Part shown: positions 28,081 to 42,692 of the stretch, piece by piece | Position numbering within the stretch: position 1 is the first letter of the stretch | How the letters are laid out: the number at the start of each line of letters is the position of its first letter | Source: Auanema rhodensis | Lineage: Eukaryota; Animalia; Nematoda | DNA: 64,000 nt | Direction of reading: 5' to 3' | NCBI GenBank assembly: GCA_964057225.1 | Contig: OZ059897.1 | Coordinates: 20,770,001 to 20,834,000 of the forward strand | The notes under the pieces: model-generated | What the model was told of the DNA's origin: nothing | Databases searched by the model: none | The model's input: only the letters and a program-made list of their open reading frames with translations | Position numbers and translations under genes: made by a program

Positions 28081-31000
28081 TGCATTTTTAAGCTAGCGCA
28101 AATCTGATAACACAGATCGACGCAGCTTAAAAATCCGCATCGAATGCACTATACTACATTGAAAAACGCTTAATACAAAAATTAGTTATGATCGTTTGAA
28201 AAATGATGCATTAGTGTATGTTGAGTTTCCATGTACACTCAACATTGCTTCCAAAAACATTTTGACAAAAATTTTTTCGAAAAATTTCAAAATAATTTAG
28301 CGAAAAATAGATGTTTTTAGATTCGATTTTTCAAGGCAAAGACGATGGACAATGTTATTCAACGAAAAAATTAATTCTTCAGGGTGAAAATCGAGGATAT
28401 AAGTGTGAACTTATATCAGTTGATATCTCGGTGCATTTTTAAGCTAGCGCAAATCTGATAACACAGATCGACGCAGCTTAAAAATCCGCATCGAATGCAC
28501 TATACTACATTGAAAAACGCTTAATACAAAAATTAGTTATGATCGTTTGAAAAATGATGCATTAGTGTATGTTGAGTTTCCATGTACACTCAACATTGCT
28601 TCCAAAAACATTTTGACAAAAATTTTTTCGAAAAATTTCAAAATAATTTAGCGAAAAATAGATGTTTTTAGATTCGATTTTTCAAGGCAAAGACGATGGA
28701 CAATGTTATTCAACGAAAAAATTAATTCTTCAGGGTGAAAATCGAGGATATAAGTGTGAACTTATATCAGTTGATATCTCGGTGCATTTTTAAGCTAGCG
28801 CAAATCTGATAACACAGATCGACGCAGCTTAAAAATCCGCATCGAATGCACTATACTACATTGAGAAAAGCTTAATACAAAAATTAGTTATGATCGTTTG
28901 AAAAATGATGCATTAGTGTATGTTGGGTTTCCATGTACACTCAACATTGCTTCCAAAAACATTTTGACAAAAATTTTTTCGAAAAATTTCAAAATAATTT
29001 AGCAAAAAGTAGATGTTTTTAGATTCCATTTTTCAAGGCAAAGACGATGGACAATGTTATTCAACGAAAAAATTAATTCTTCAGGGTGAAAATCGAGGAT
29101 ATAAGTGTGAACTTATATCAGTTGATATCTCGGTGCATTTTTAAGCTAGCGCAAATCTGATAACACAGATCGACGCAGCTTAAAAATCCGCATCGAATGC
29201 ACTATACTACATTGAAAAACGCTTGATACAAAAATTAGTTATGATCGTTTGAAAAATGATGCATTAGTGTATGTTGAGTTTCCATGTACACTCAACATTG
29301 CTTCCAAAAACATTTTGACAAAAATTTTTTCGAAAAATTTCAAAATAATTTAGCAAAAAGTAGATGTTTTTAGATTCCATTTTTCAAGGCAAAGACGATG
29401 GACAATGTTATTCAACGAAAAAATTAATTCTTCAGGGTGAAAATCGAGGATATAAGTGTGAACTTATATCAGTTGATATCTCGGTGCATTTTTAAGCTAG
29501 CGCAAATCTGATAACACAGATCGACGCAGCTTGAAAATCCGCATCGAATGCACTATATTACATTGAGAAAAGCTTAATACAAAAATTAGTTATGATCGTT
29601 TGAAAAATGATGCATTAGTGTATGTTGAGTTTCCATGTACACTCAACATTGCTTCCAAAAACATTTTGACAAAAATTTTTTCGAAAAATTTCAAAATAAT
29701 TTAGCAAAAAGTAGATGTTTTTAGACTCCATTTTTCAAGGCAAAGACGATGGACAATGTTATTCAACGAAAAAATTAATTCTTCAGGGTGAAAATCGAGG
29801 ATATAAGTGTGAACTTATATCAGTTGATATCTCGGTGCATTTTTAAGCTAGCGCAAATCTGATAACACAGATCGACGCAGCTTAAAAATCCGCATCGAAT
29901 GCACTATACTACATTGAAAAACGCTTAATACAAAAATTAGTTATGATCGTTTGAAAAATGATGCATTAGTGTATGTTGAGTTTCCATGTACACTCAACAT
30001 TGCTTCCAAAAACATTTTGACAAAAATTTTTTCGAAAAATTTCAAAATAATTTAGCGAAAAATAGATGTTTTTAGATTCGATTTTTCAAGGCAAAGACGA
30101 TGGACAATGTTATTCAACGAAAAAATTAATTCTTCAGGGTGAAAATCGAGGATATAAGTGTGAACTTATATCAGTTGATATCTCGGTGCATTTTTAAGCT
30201 AGCGCAAATCTGATAACACAGATCGACGCAGCTTAAAAATCCGCATCGAATGCACTATACTACATTGAGAAAAGCTTAATACAAAAATTAGTTATGATCG
30301 TTTGAAAAATGATGCATTAGTGTATGTTGGGTTTCCATGTACACTCAACATTGCTTCCAAAAACATTTTGACAAAAATTTTTTCGAAAAATTTCAAAATA
30401 ATTTAGCAAAAAGTAGATGTTTTTAGATTCCATTTTTCAAGGCAAAGACGATGGACAATGTTATTCAACGAAAAAATTAATTCTTCAGGGTGAAAATCGA
30501 GGATATAAGTGTGAACTTATATCAGTTGATATCTCGGTGCATTTTTAAGCTAGCGCAAATCTGATAACACAGATCGACGCAGCTTAAAAATCCGCATCGA
30601 ATGCACTATACTACATTGAAAAACGCTTGATACAAAAATTAGTTATGATCGTTTGAAAAATGATGCATTAGTGTATGTTGAGTTTCCATGTACACTCAAC
30701 ATTGCTTCCAAAAACATTTTGACAAAAATTTTTTCGAAAAATTTCAAAATAATTTAGCAAAAAGTAGATGTTTTTAGATTCCATTTTTCAAGGCAAAGAC
30801 GATGGACAATGTTATTCAACGAAAAAATTAATTCTTCAGGGTGAAAATCGAGGATATAAGTGTGAACTTATATCAGTTGATATCTCGGTGCATTTTTAAG
30901 CTATCGCAAATCTGATAACACAGATCGACGCAGCTTGAAAATCCGCATCGAATGCACTATACTACATTGAGAAAAGCTTAATACAAAAATTAGTTATGAT

Positions 31001-34000
31001 CGTTTGAAAAATGATGCATTAGTGTATGTTGAGTTTCCATGTACACTCAACATTGCTTCCAAAAACATTTTGACAAAAATTTTTTCGAAAAATTTCAAAA
31101 TAATTTAGCAAAAAGTAGATGTTTTTAGACTCCATTTTTCAAGGCAAAGACGATGGACAATGTTATTCAACGAAAAAATTATTTCTTCAGGGTGAAAATC
31201 GAGGATATAAGTGTGAACTTATATCAGTTGATATCTCGGTGCATTTTTAAGCTAGCGCAAATCTGATAACACAGATCGACGCAGCTTAAAAATCCGCATC
31301 GAATGTACTATACTACATTGAAAAACGCTTAATACAAAAATTAGTTATGATCGTTTGAAAAATGATGCATTAGTGTATGTTGAGTTTCCATGTACACTCA
31401 ACATTGCTTCCAAAAACATTTTGACAAAAATTTTTTCGAAAAATTTCAAAATAATTTAGCGAAAAATAGATGTTTTTAGATTCGATTTTTCAAGGCAAAG
31501 ACGATGGACAATGTTATTCAACGAAAGAATTAATTCTTCAGGGTGAAAATCGAGGATATAAGTGTGAACTTATATCAGTTGATATCTCGGTGCATTTTTA
31601 AGCTAGCGCAAATCTGATAATACAGATCGACGCAGCTTAAAAATCCGCATCGAATGCACTATACTACATTGAAAAACGCTTAATACAAAAATTAGTTATG
31701 ATCGTTTGAAAAATGATGCATTAGTGTATGTTGAGTTTCCATGTACACTCAACATTGCTTCCAAAAACATTTTGACAAAAATTTTTTCGAAAAATTTCAA
31801 AATAATTTACCAAAAAGTAGATGTTTTTAGATTCCATTTTTCAAGGCAAAGACGATAGACAATGTTATTCAACGAAAAAGTTAATTCTTCAGGGTGAAAA
31901 TCGAGGATATAAGTGTGAACTTATATCAGTTGATATCTCGGTGCATTTTTAAGCTAGCGCAAATCTGATAACACAGATCGACGCAGCTTAAAAATCCGCA
32001 TCGAATGCACTATACTACATTGAAAAACGCTTAATACAAAAATTAGTTATGATCGTTTGAAAAATGATGCATTAGTGTATGTTGGGTTTCCATGTACACT
32101 CAACATTGCTTCCAAAAACATTTTGACAAAAATTTTTTCGAAAAATTTCAAAATAATTTACCAAAAAGTAGATGTTTTTAGATTCCATTTTTCAAGGCAA
32201 AGACGATAGACAATGTTATTCAACGAAAAAGTTAATTCTTCAGGGTGAAAATCGAGGATATAAGTGTGAACTTATATCAGTTGATATCTCGGTGCATTTT
32301 TAAGCTAGCGCAAATCTGATAACACAGATCGACGCAGCTTAAAAATCCGCATCGAATGCACTATACTACATTGAGAAAAGCTTAATACAAAAATTAGTTA
32401 TGATCGTTTGAAAAATGATGCATTAGTGTATGTTGGGTTTCCATGTACACTCAACATTGCTTCCAAAAACATTTTGACAAAAATTTTTTCGAAAAATTTC
32501 AAAATAATTTACCAAAAAGTAGATGTTTTTAGATTCCATTTTTCAAGGCAAAGACGATAGACAATGTTATTCAACGAAAAAGTTAATTCTTCAGGGTGAA
32601 AATCGAGGATATAAGTGTGAACTTATATCAGTTGATATCTCGGTGCATTTTTAAGCTAGCGCAAATCTGATAACACAGATCGACGCAGCTTAAAAATCCG
32701 CATCGAATGCACTATACTACATTGAAAAACGCTTAATACAAAAATTAGTTATGATCGTTTGAAAAATGATGCATTAGTGTATGTTGAGTTTCCATGTACA
32801 CTCAACATTGCTTCCAAAAACATTTTGACAAAAATTTTTTCGAAAAATTTCAAAATAATTTAGCGAAAAATAGATGTTTTTAGATTCGATTTTTCAAGGC
32901 AAAGACGATGGACAATGTTATTCAACGAAAAAATTAATTCTTCAGGGTGAAAATCGAGGATATAAGTGTGAACTTATATCAGTTGATATCTCGGTGCATT
33001 TTTAAGCTAGCGCAAATCTGATAACACAGATCGACGCAGCTTAAAAATCCGCATCGAATGCACTATACTACATTGAAAAACGCTTAATACAAAAATTAGT
33101 TATGATCGTTTGAAAAATGATGCATTAGTGTATGTTGAGTTTCCATGTACACTCAACATTGCTTCCAAAAACATTTTGACAAAAATTTTTTCGAAAAATT
33201 TCAAAATAATTTAGCAAAAAGTAGATGTTTTTAGATTCCATTTTTCAAGGCAAAGACGATGGACAATGTTATTCAACGAAAAAATTAATTCTTCAGGGTG
33301 AAAATCGAGGATATAAGTGTGAACTTATATCAGTTGATATCTCGGTGCATTTTTAAGCTAGCGCAAATCTGATAACACAGATCGACGCAGCTTGAAAATC
33401 CGCATCGAATGCACTATATTACATTGAGAAAAGCTTAATACAAAAATTAGTTATGATCGTTTGAAAAATGATGCATTAGTGTATGTTGAGTTTCCATGTA
33501 CACTCAACATTGCTTCCAAAAACATTTTGACAAAAATTTTTTCGAAAAATTTCAAAATAATTTAGCAAAAAGTAGATGTTTTTAGATTCCATTTTTCAAG
33601 GCAAAGACGATGGACAATGTTATTCAACGAAAAAATTAATTCTTCAGGGTGAAAATCGAGGATATAAGTGTGAACTTATATCAGTTGATATCTCGGTGCA
33701 TTTTTAAGCTAGCGCAAATCTGATAACACAGATCGACGCAGCTTGAAAATCCGCATCGAATGCACTATATTACATTGAGAAAAGCTTAATACAAAAATTA
33801 GTTATGATCGTTTGAAAAATGATGCATTAGTGTATGTTGAGTTTCCATGTACACTCAACATTGCTTCCAAAAACATTTTGACAAAAATTTTTTCGAAAAA
33901 TTTCAAAATAATTTAGCGAAAAATAGATGTTTTTAGATTCGATTTTTCAAGGCAAAGACGATGGACAATGTTATTCAACGAAAAAATTAATTCTTCAGGG

Positions 34001-37000
34001 TGAAAATCGAGGATATAAGTGTGAACTTATATCAGTTGATATCTCGGTGCATTTTTAAGCTAGCGCAAATCTGATAACACAGATCGACGCAGCTTAAAAA
34101 TCCGCATCGAATGCACTATACTACATTGAAAAACGCTTGATACAAAAATTAGTTATGATCGTTTGAAAAATGATGCATTAGTGTATGTTGAGTTTCCATG
34201 TACACTCAACATTGCTTCCAAAAACATTTTGACAAAAATTTTTTCGAAAAATTTCAAAATAATTTAGCAAAAAGTAAATGTTTTTAGATTCCATTTTTCA
34301 AGGCAAAGACGATGGACAATGTTATTCAACGAAAAAATTAATTCTTCAGGGTGAAAATCGAGGATATAAGTGTGAACTTATATCAGTTGATATCTCGGTG
34401 CATTTTTAAGCTAGCGCAAATCTGATAACACAGATCGACGCAGCTTAAAAATCCGCATCGAATGCACTATACTACATTGAAAAACGCTTAATACAAAAAT
34501 TAGTTATGATCGTTTGAAAAATGATGCATTAGTGTATGTTGAGTTTCCATGTACACTCAACATTGCTTCCAAAAACATTTTGACAAAAATTTTTTCGAAA
34601 AATTTCAAAATAATTTAGCGAAAAGTAGATGTTTTTAGATTCGATTTTTCAAGGCAAAGACGATGGACAATGTTATTCAACGAAAAAATTAATTCTTCAG
34701 GATGAAAATCGAGGATATAAGTGTGAACTTATATCAGTTGATATCTCGGTGCATTTTTAAGCTAGCGCAAATCTGATAACACAGATCGACGCAGCTTAAA
34801 AATCCGCATCGAATGCACTATACTACATTGAAAAACGCTTAATACAAAAATTAGTTATGATCGTTTGAAAAATGATGCATTAGTGTATGTTGAGTTTCCA
34901 TGTACACTCAACATTGCTTCCAAAAACATTTTGACAAAAATTTTTTCGAAAAATTTCAAAATAATTTAGCGAAAAGTAGATGTTTTTAGATTCCATTTTT
35001 CAAGGCAAAGACGATGGACAATGTTATTCAACGAAAAAATTAATTCTTCAGGGTGAAAATCGAGGATATAAGTGTGAACTTATATCAGTTGATATCTCGG
35101 TGCATTTTTAAGCTAGCGCAAATCTGATAACACAGATCGACGCAGCTTGAAAATCCGCATCGAATGCACTATATTACATTGAGAAAAGCTTAATACAAAA
35201 ATTAGTTATGATCGTTTGAAAAATGATGCATTAGTGTATGTTGAGTTTCCATGTACACTCAACATTGCTTCCAAAAACATTTTGACAAAAATTTTTTCGA
35301 AAAATTTCAAAATAATTTAGCGAAAAATAGATGTTTTTAGATTCGATTTTTCAAGGCAAAGACGATGGACAATGTTATTCAACGAAAAAATTAATTCTTC
35401 AGGGTGAAAATCGAGGATATAAGTGTGAACTTATATCAGTTGATATCTCGGTGCATTTTTAAGCTAGCGCAAATCTGATAACACAGATCGACGCAGCTTA
35501 AAAATCCGCATCGAATGCACTATACTACATTGAAAAACGCTTAATACAAAAATTAGTTATGATCGTTTGAAAAATGATGCATTAGTGTATGTTGAGTTTC
35601 CATGTACACTCAACATTGCTTCCAAAAACATTTTGACAAAAATTTTTTCGAAAAATTTCAAAATAATTTAGCGAAAAGTAGATGTTTTTAGATTCGATTT
35701 TTCAAGGCAAAGACGATGGACAATGTTATTCAACGAAAAAATTAATTCTTCAGGATGAAAATCGAGGATATAAGTGTGAACTTATATCAGTTGATATCTC
35801 GGTGCATTTTTAAGCTAGCGCAAATCTGATAACACAGATCGACGCAGCTTAAAAATCCGCATCGAATGCACTATACTACATTGAAAAACGCTTAATACAA
35901 AAATTAGTTATGATCGTTTGAAAAATGATGCATTAGTGTATGTTGAGTTTCCATGTACACTCAACATTGCTTCCAAAAACATTTTGACAAAAATTTTTTC
36001 GAAAAATTTCAAAATAATTTAGCGAAAAGTAGATGTTTTTAGATTCGATTTTTCAAGGCAAAGACGATGGACAATGTTATTCAACGAAAAAATTAATTCT
36101 TCAGGATGAAAATCGAGGATATAAGTGTGAACTTATATCAGTTGATATCTCGGTGCATTTTTAAGCTAGCGCAAATCTGATAACACAGATCGACGCAGCT
36201 TAAAAATCCGCATCGAATGCACTATACTACATTGAAAAACGCTTAATACAAAAATTAGTTATGATCGTTTGAAAAATGATGCATTAGTGTATGTTGAGTT
36301 TCCATGTACACTCAACATTGCTTCCAAAAACATTTTGACAAAAATTTTTTCGAAAAATTTCAGAATAATTTAGCAAAAAGTAGATGTTTTTAGACTCCAT
36401 TTTTCAAGGCAAAGACGATGGACAATGTTATTCAACGAAAAAATTAATTCTTCAGGGTGAAAATCGAGGATATAAGTGTGAACTTATATCAGTTGATATC
36501 TCGGTGCATTTTTAAGCTAGCGCAAATCTGATAACACAGATCGACGCAGCTTAAAAATTCGCATCGAATGCACTATACTACATGGAAGAACGCTTGATAC
36601 AAAAATTAGTTATGATCGTTTGAAAAATGATGCATTAGTGTATGTTGAGTTTCCATGTACACTCAACATTGCTTCCAAAAACATTTTGACAAAAATTTTT
36701 TCGAAAAATTTCAAAATAATTTAGCAAAAAGTAGATGTTTTTAGATTCGATTTTTCAAGGCAAAGACGATGGACAATGTTATTCAACAAAAAAATTAATT
36801 CTTCAGGGTGAAAATCGAGGATATAAGTGTGAACTTATATCAGTTGATATCTCGGTGCATTTTTAAGCTAGCGCAAATCTGATAACACAGATCGACGCAG
36901 CTTAAAAATCCGCATCGAATGCACTATACTACATGGAAGAACGCTTGATACAAAAATTAGTTATGATCGTTTGAAAAATGATGCATTAGTGTATGTTGAG

Positions 37001-40000
37001 TTTCCATGTACACTCAACATTGCTTCCAAAAACATTTTGACAAAAATTTTTTCGAAAAATTTCAAAATAATTTAGCAAAAAGTAGATGTTTTTAGATTCG
37101 ATTTTTCAAGGCAAAGACGATGGACAATGTTATTCAACGAAAAAATTAATTCTTCAGGGTGAAAATCGAGGATATAAGTGTGAACTTATATCAGTTGATA
37201 TCTCGGTGCATTTTTAAGCTAGCGCAAATCTGATAACACAGATCGACGCAGCTTAAAAATCCGCATCGAATGCACTATACTACATTGAGAAAAGCTTAAT
37301 ACAAAAATTAGTTATGATCGTTTGAAAAATGATGCATTAGTGTATGTTGGGTTTCCATGTACACTCAACATTGCTTCCAAAAACATTTTGACAAAAATTT
37401 TTTCGAAAAATTTCAAAATAATTTAGCAAAAAGTAGATGTTTTTAGATTCCATTTTTCAAGGCAAAGACGATGGACAATGTTATTCAACGAAAAAATTAA
37501 TTCTTCGGGGTGAAAATCGAGGATATAAGTGTGAACTTATATCAGTTGATATCTCGGTGCATTTTTAAGCTAGCGCAAATCTGATAACACAGATCGACGC
37601 AGCTTAAAAATCCGCATCGAATGCACTATACTACATGGAAGAACGCTTGATACAAAAATTAGTTATGATCGTTTGAAAAATGATGCATTAGTGTATGTTG
37701 AGTTTCCATGTACACTCAACATTGCTTCCAAAAACATTTTGACAAAAATTTTTTCGAAAAATTTCAAAATAATTTAGCAAAAAGTAGATGTTTTTAGATT
37801 CCATTTTTCAAGGCAAAGACGATGGACAATGTTATTCAACGAAAAAATTAATTCTTCAGGGTGAAAATCGAGGATATAAGTGTGAACTTATATCAGTTGA
37901 TATCTCGGTGCATTTTTAAGCTAGCGCAAATCTGATAACACAGATCGACGCAGCTTAAAAATCCGCATCGAATGCACTATACTACATTGAGAAAAGCTTA
38001 ATACAAAAATTAGTTATGATCGTTTGAAAAATGATGCATTAGTGTATGTTGAGTTTCCATGTACACTCAACATTGCTTCCAAAAACATTTTGACAAAAAT
38101 TTTTTCGAAAAATTTCAAAATAATTTAGCGAAAAATAGATGTTTTTAGATTCGATTTTTCAAGGCAAAGACGATGGACAATGTTATTCAACGAAAAAATT
38201 AATTCTTCAGGGTGAAAATCGAGGATATAAGTGTGAACTTATATCAGTTGATATCTCGGTGCATTTTTAAGCTAGCGCAAATCTGATAACACAGATCGAC
38301 GCAGCTTAAAAATCCGCATCGAATGCACTATACTACATGGAAGAACGCTTGATACAAAAATTAGTTATGATCGTTTGAAAAATGATGCATTAGTGTATGT
38401 TGAGTTTCCATGTACACTCAACATTGCTTCCAAAAACATTTTGACAAAAATTTTTTCGAAAAATTTCAAAATAATTTAGCAAAAAGTAGATGTTTTTAGA
38501 TTCCATTTTTCAAGGCAAAGACGATGGACAATGTTATTCAACGAAAAAATTAATTCTTCAGGGTGAAAATCGAGGATATAAGTGTGAACTTATATCAGTT
38601 GATATCTCGGTGCATTTTTAAGCTAGCGCAAATCTGATAACACAGATCGACGCAGCTTGAAAATCCGCATCGAATGCACTATATTACATTGAGAAAAGCT
38701 TAATACAAAAATTAGTTATGATCGTTTGAAAAATGATGCATTAGTGTATGTTGAGTTTCCATGTACACTCAACATTGCTTCCAAAAACATTTTGACAAAA
38801 ATTTTTTCGAAAAATTTCAAAATAATTTAGCAAAAAGTAGATGTTTTTAGACTCCATTTTTCAAGGCAAAGACGATGGACAATGTTATTCAACGAAAAAA
38901 TTAATTCTTCAGGGTGAAAATCGAGGATATAAGTGTGAACTTATATCAGTTGATATCTCGGTGCATTTTTAAGCTAGCGCAAATCTGATAACACAGATCG
39001 ACGCAGCTTAAAAATCCGCATCGAATGCACTATACTACATTGAAAAACGCTTAATACAAAAATTAGTTATGATCGTTTGAAAAATGATGCATTAGTGTAT
39101 GTTGAGTTTCCATGTACACTCAACATTGCTTCCAAAAACATTTTGACAAAAATTTTTTCGAAAAATTTCAAAATAATTTAGCAAAAAGTAGATGTTTTTA
39201 GATTCCATTTTTCAAGGCAAAGACGATGGACAATGTTATTCAACGAAAAAATTAATTCTTCAGGGTGAAAATCGAGGATATAAGTGTGAACTTATATCAG
39301 TTGATATCTCGGTGCATTTTTAAGCTAGCGCAAATCTGATAACACAGATCGACGCAGCTTAAAAATCCGCATCGAATGCACTATACTACATTGAGAAAAG
39401 CTTAATACAAAAATTAGTTATGATCGTTTGAAAAATGATGCATTAGTGTATGTTGAGTTTCCATGTACACTCAACATTGCTTCCAAAAACATTTTGACAA
39501 AAATTTTTTCGAAAAATTTCAAAATAATTTAGCAAAAAGTAGATGTTTTTAGATTCCATTTTTCAAGGCAAAGACGATGGACAATGTTATTCAACGAAAA
39601 AATTAATTCTTCAGGGTGAAAATCGAGGATATAAGTGTGAACTTATATCAGTTGATATCTCGGTGCATTTTTAAGCTAGCGCAAATCTGATAACACAGAT
39701 CGACGCAGCTTGAAAATCCGCATCGAATGCACTATATTACATTGAGAAAAGCTTAATACAAAAATTAGTTATGATCGTTTGAAAAATGATGCATTAGTGT
39801 ATGTTGAGTTTCCATGTACACTCAACATTGCTTCCAAAAACATTTTGACAAAAATTTTTTCGAAAAATTTCAAAATAATTTAGCAAAAAGTAGATGTTTT
39901 TAGACTCCATTTTTCAAGGCAAAGACGATGGACAATGTTATTCAACGAAAAAATTAATTCTTCAGGGTGAAAATCGAGGATATAAGTGTGAACTTATATC

Positions 40001-42692
40001 AGTTGATATCTCGGTGCATTTTTAAGCTAGCGCAAATCTGATAACACAGATCGACGCAGCTTAAAAATCCGCATCGAATGCACTATACTACATTGAAAAA
40101 CGCTTAATACAAAAATTAGTTATGATCGTTTGAAAAATGATGCATTAGTGTATGTTGAGTTTCCATGTACACTCAACATTGCTTCCAAAAACATTTTGAC
40201 AAAAATTTTTTCGAAAAATTTCAAAATAATTTAGCGAAAAATAGATGTTTTTAGATTCGATTTTTCAAGGCAAAGACGATGGACAATGTTATTCAACGAA
40301 AAAATTAATTCTTCAGGGTGAAAATCGAGGATATAAGTGTGAACTTATATCAGTTGATATCTCGGTGCATTTTTAAGCTAGCGCAAATCTGATAACACAG
40401 ATCGACGCAGCTTAAAAATCCGCATCGAATGCACTATACTACATGGAAGAACGCTTGATACAAAAATTAGTTATGATCGTTTGAAAAATGATGCATTAGT
40501 GTATGTTGAGTTTCCATGTACACTCAACATTGCTTCCAAAAACATTTTGACAAAAATTTTTTCGAAAAATTTCAAAATAATTTAGCAAAAAGTAGATGTT
40601 TTTAGATTCCATTTTTCAAGGCAAAGACGATGGACAATGTTATTCAACGAAAAAATTAATTCTTCAGGGTGAAAATCGAGGATACAAGTGTGAACTTATA
40701 TCAGTTGATATCTCGGTGCATTTTTAAGCTAGCGCAAATCTGATAACACAGATCGACGCAGCTTGAAAATCCGCATCGAATGCACTATATTACATTGAGA
40801 AAAGCTTAATACAAAAATTAGTTATGATCGTTTGAAAAATGATGCATTAGTGTATGTTGAGTTTCCATGTACACTCAACATTGCTTCCAAAAACATTTTG
40901 ACAAAAATTTTTTCGAAAAATTTCAAAATAATTTAGCGAAAAGTAGATGTTTTTAGACTCCATTTTTCAAGGCAAAGACGATGGACAATGTTATTCAACG
41001 AAAAAATTAATTCTTCAGGGTGAAAATCGAGGATATAAGTGTGAACTTATATCAGTTGATATCTCGGTGCATTTTTAAGCTAGCGCAAATCTGATAACAC
41101 AGATCGACGCAGCTTAAAAATCCGCATCGAATGCACTATACTACATTGAAAAACGCTTAATACAAAAATTAGTTATGATCGTTTGAAAAATGATGCATTA
41201 GTGTATGTTGAGTTTCCATGTACACTCAACATTGCTTCCAAAAACATTTTGACAAAAATTTTTTCGAAAAATTTCAAAATAATTTAGCGAAAAATAGATG
41301 TTTTTAGATTCGATTTTTCAAGGCAAAGACGATGGACGATGTTATTCAACGAAAAAATTAATTCTTCAGGGTGAAAATCGAGGATATAAGTGTGATTTTA
41401 TATCAGTTGATATCTCGGTGCATTTTTAAGCTAGCGCAAATCTGATAACACAGATCGACGCAGCTTAAAAATCCGCATCGAATGCACTATACTACATTGA
41501 GAAAAGCTTAATACAAAAATTAGTTATGATCGTTTGAAAAATGATGCATTAGTGTATGTTGAGTTTCCATGTACACTCAACATTGCTTCCAAAAACATTT
41601 TGACAAAAATTTTTTCGAAAAATTTCAAAATAATTTAGCAAAAAGTAGATGTTTTTAGATTCCATTTTTCAAGGCAAAGACGATGGACAATGTTATTCAA
41701 CGAAAAAATTAATTCTTCAGGGTGAAAATCGAGGATATAAGTGTGAACTTATATCAGTTGATATCTCGGTGCATTTTTAAGCTAGCGCAAATCTGATAAC
41801 ACAGATCGACGCAGCTTGAAAATCCGCATCGAATGCACTATATTACATTGAGAAAAGCTTAATACAAAAATTAGTTATGATCGTTTGAAAAATGATGCAT
41901 TAGTGTATGTTGAGTTTCCATGTACACTCAACATTGCTTCCAAAAACATTTTGACAAAAATTTTTTCGAAAAATTTCAAAATAATTTAGCAAAAAGTAGA
42001 TGTTTTGAGACTCCATTTTTCAAGGCAAAGACGATGGACAATGTTATTCAACGAAAAAATTAATTCTTCAGGGTGAAAATCGAGGATATAAGTGTGAACT
42101 TATATCAGTTGATATCTCGGTGCATTTTTAAGCTAGCGCAAATCTGATAACACAGATCGACGCAGCTTAAAAATCCGCATCGAATGCACTATACTACATT
42201 GAAAAACGCTTAATACAAAAATTAGTTATGATCGTTTGAAAAATGATGCATTAGTGTATGTTGAGTTTCCATGTACACTCAACATTGCTTCCAAAAACAT
42301 TTTGACAAAAATTTTTTCGAAAAATTTCAAAATAATTTAGCGAAAAATAGATGTTTTTAGATTCGATTTTTCAAGGCAAAGACGATGGACAATGTTATTC
42401 AACGAAAAAATTAATTCTTCAGGGTGAAAATCGAGGATATAAGTGTGAACTTATATCAGTTGATATCTCGGTGCATTTTTAAGCTAGCGCAAATCTGATA
42501 ACACAGATCGACGCAGCTTAAAAATCCGCATCGAATGCACTATACTACATTGAGAAAAGCTTAATACAAAAATTAGTTATGATCGTTTGAAAAATGATGC
42601 ATTAGTGTATGTTGGGTTTCCATGTACACTCAACATTGCTTCCAAAAACATTTTGACAAAAATTTTTTCGAAAAATTTCAAAATAATTTAGC

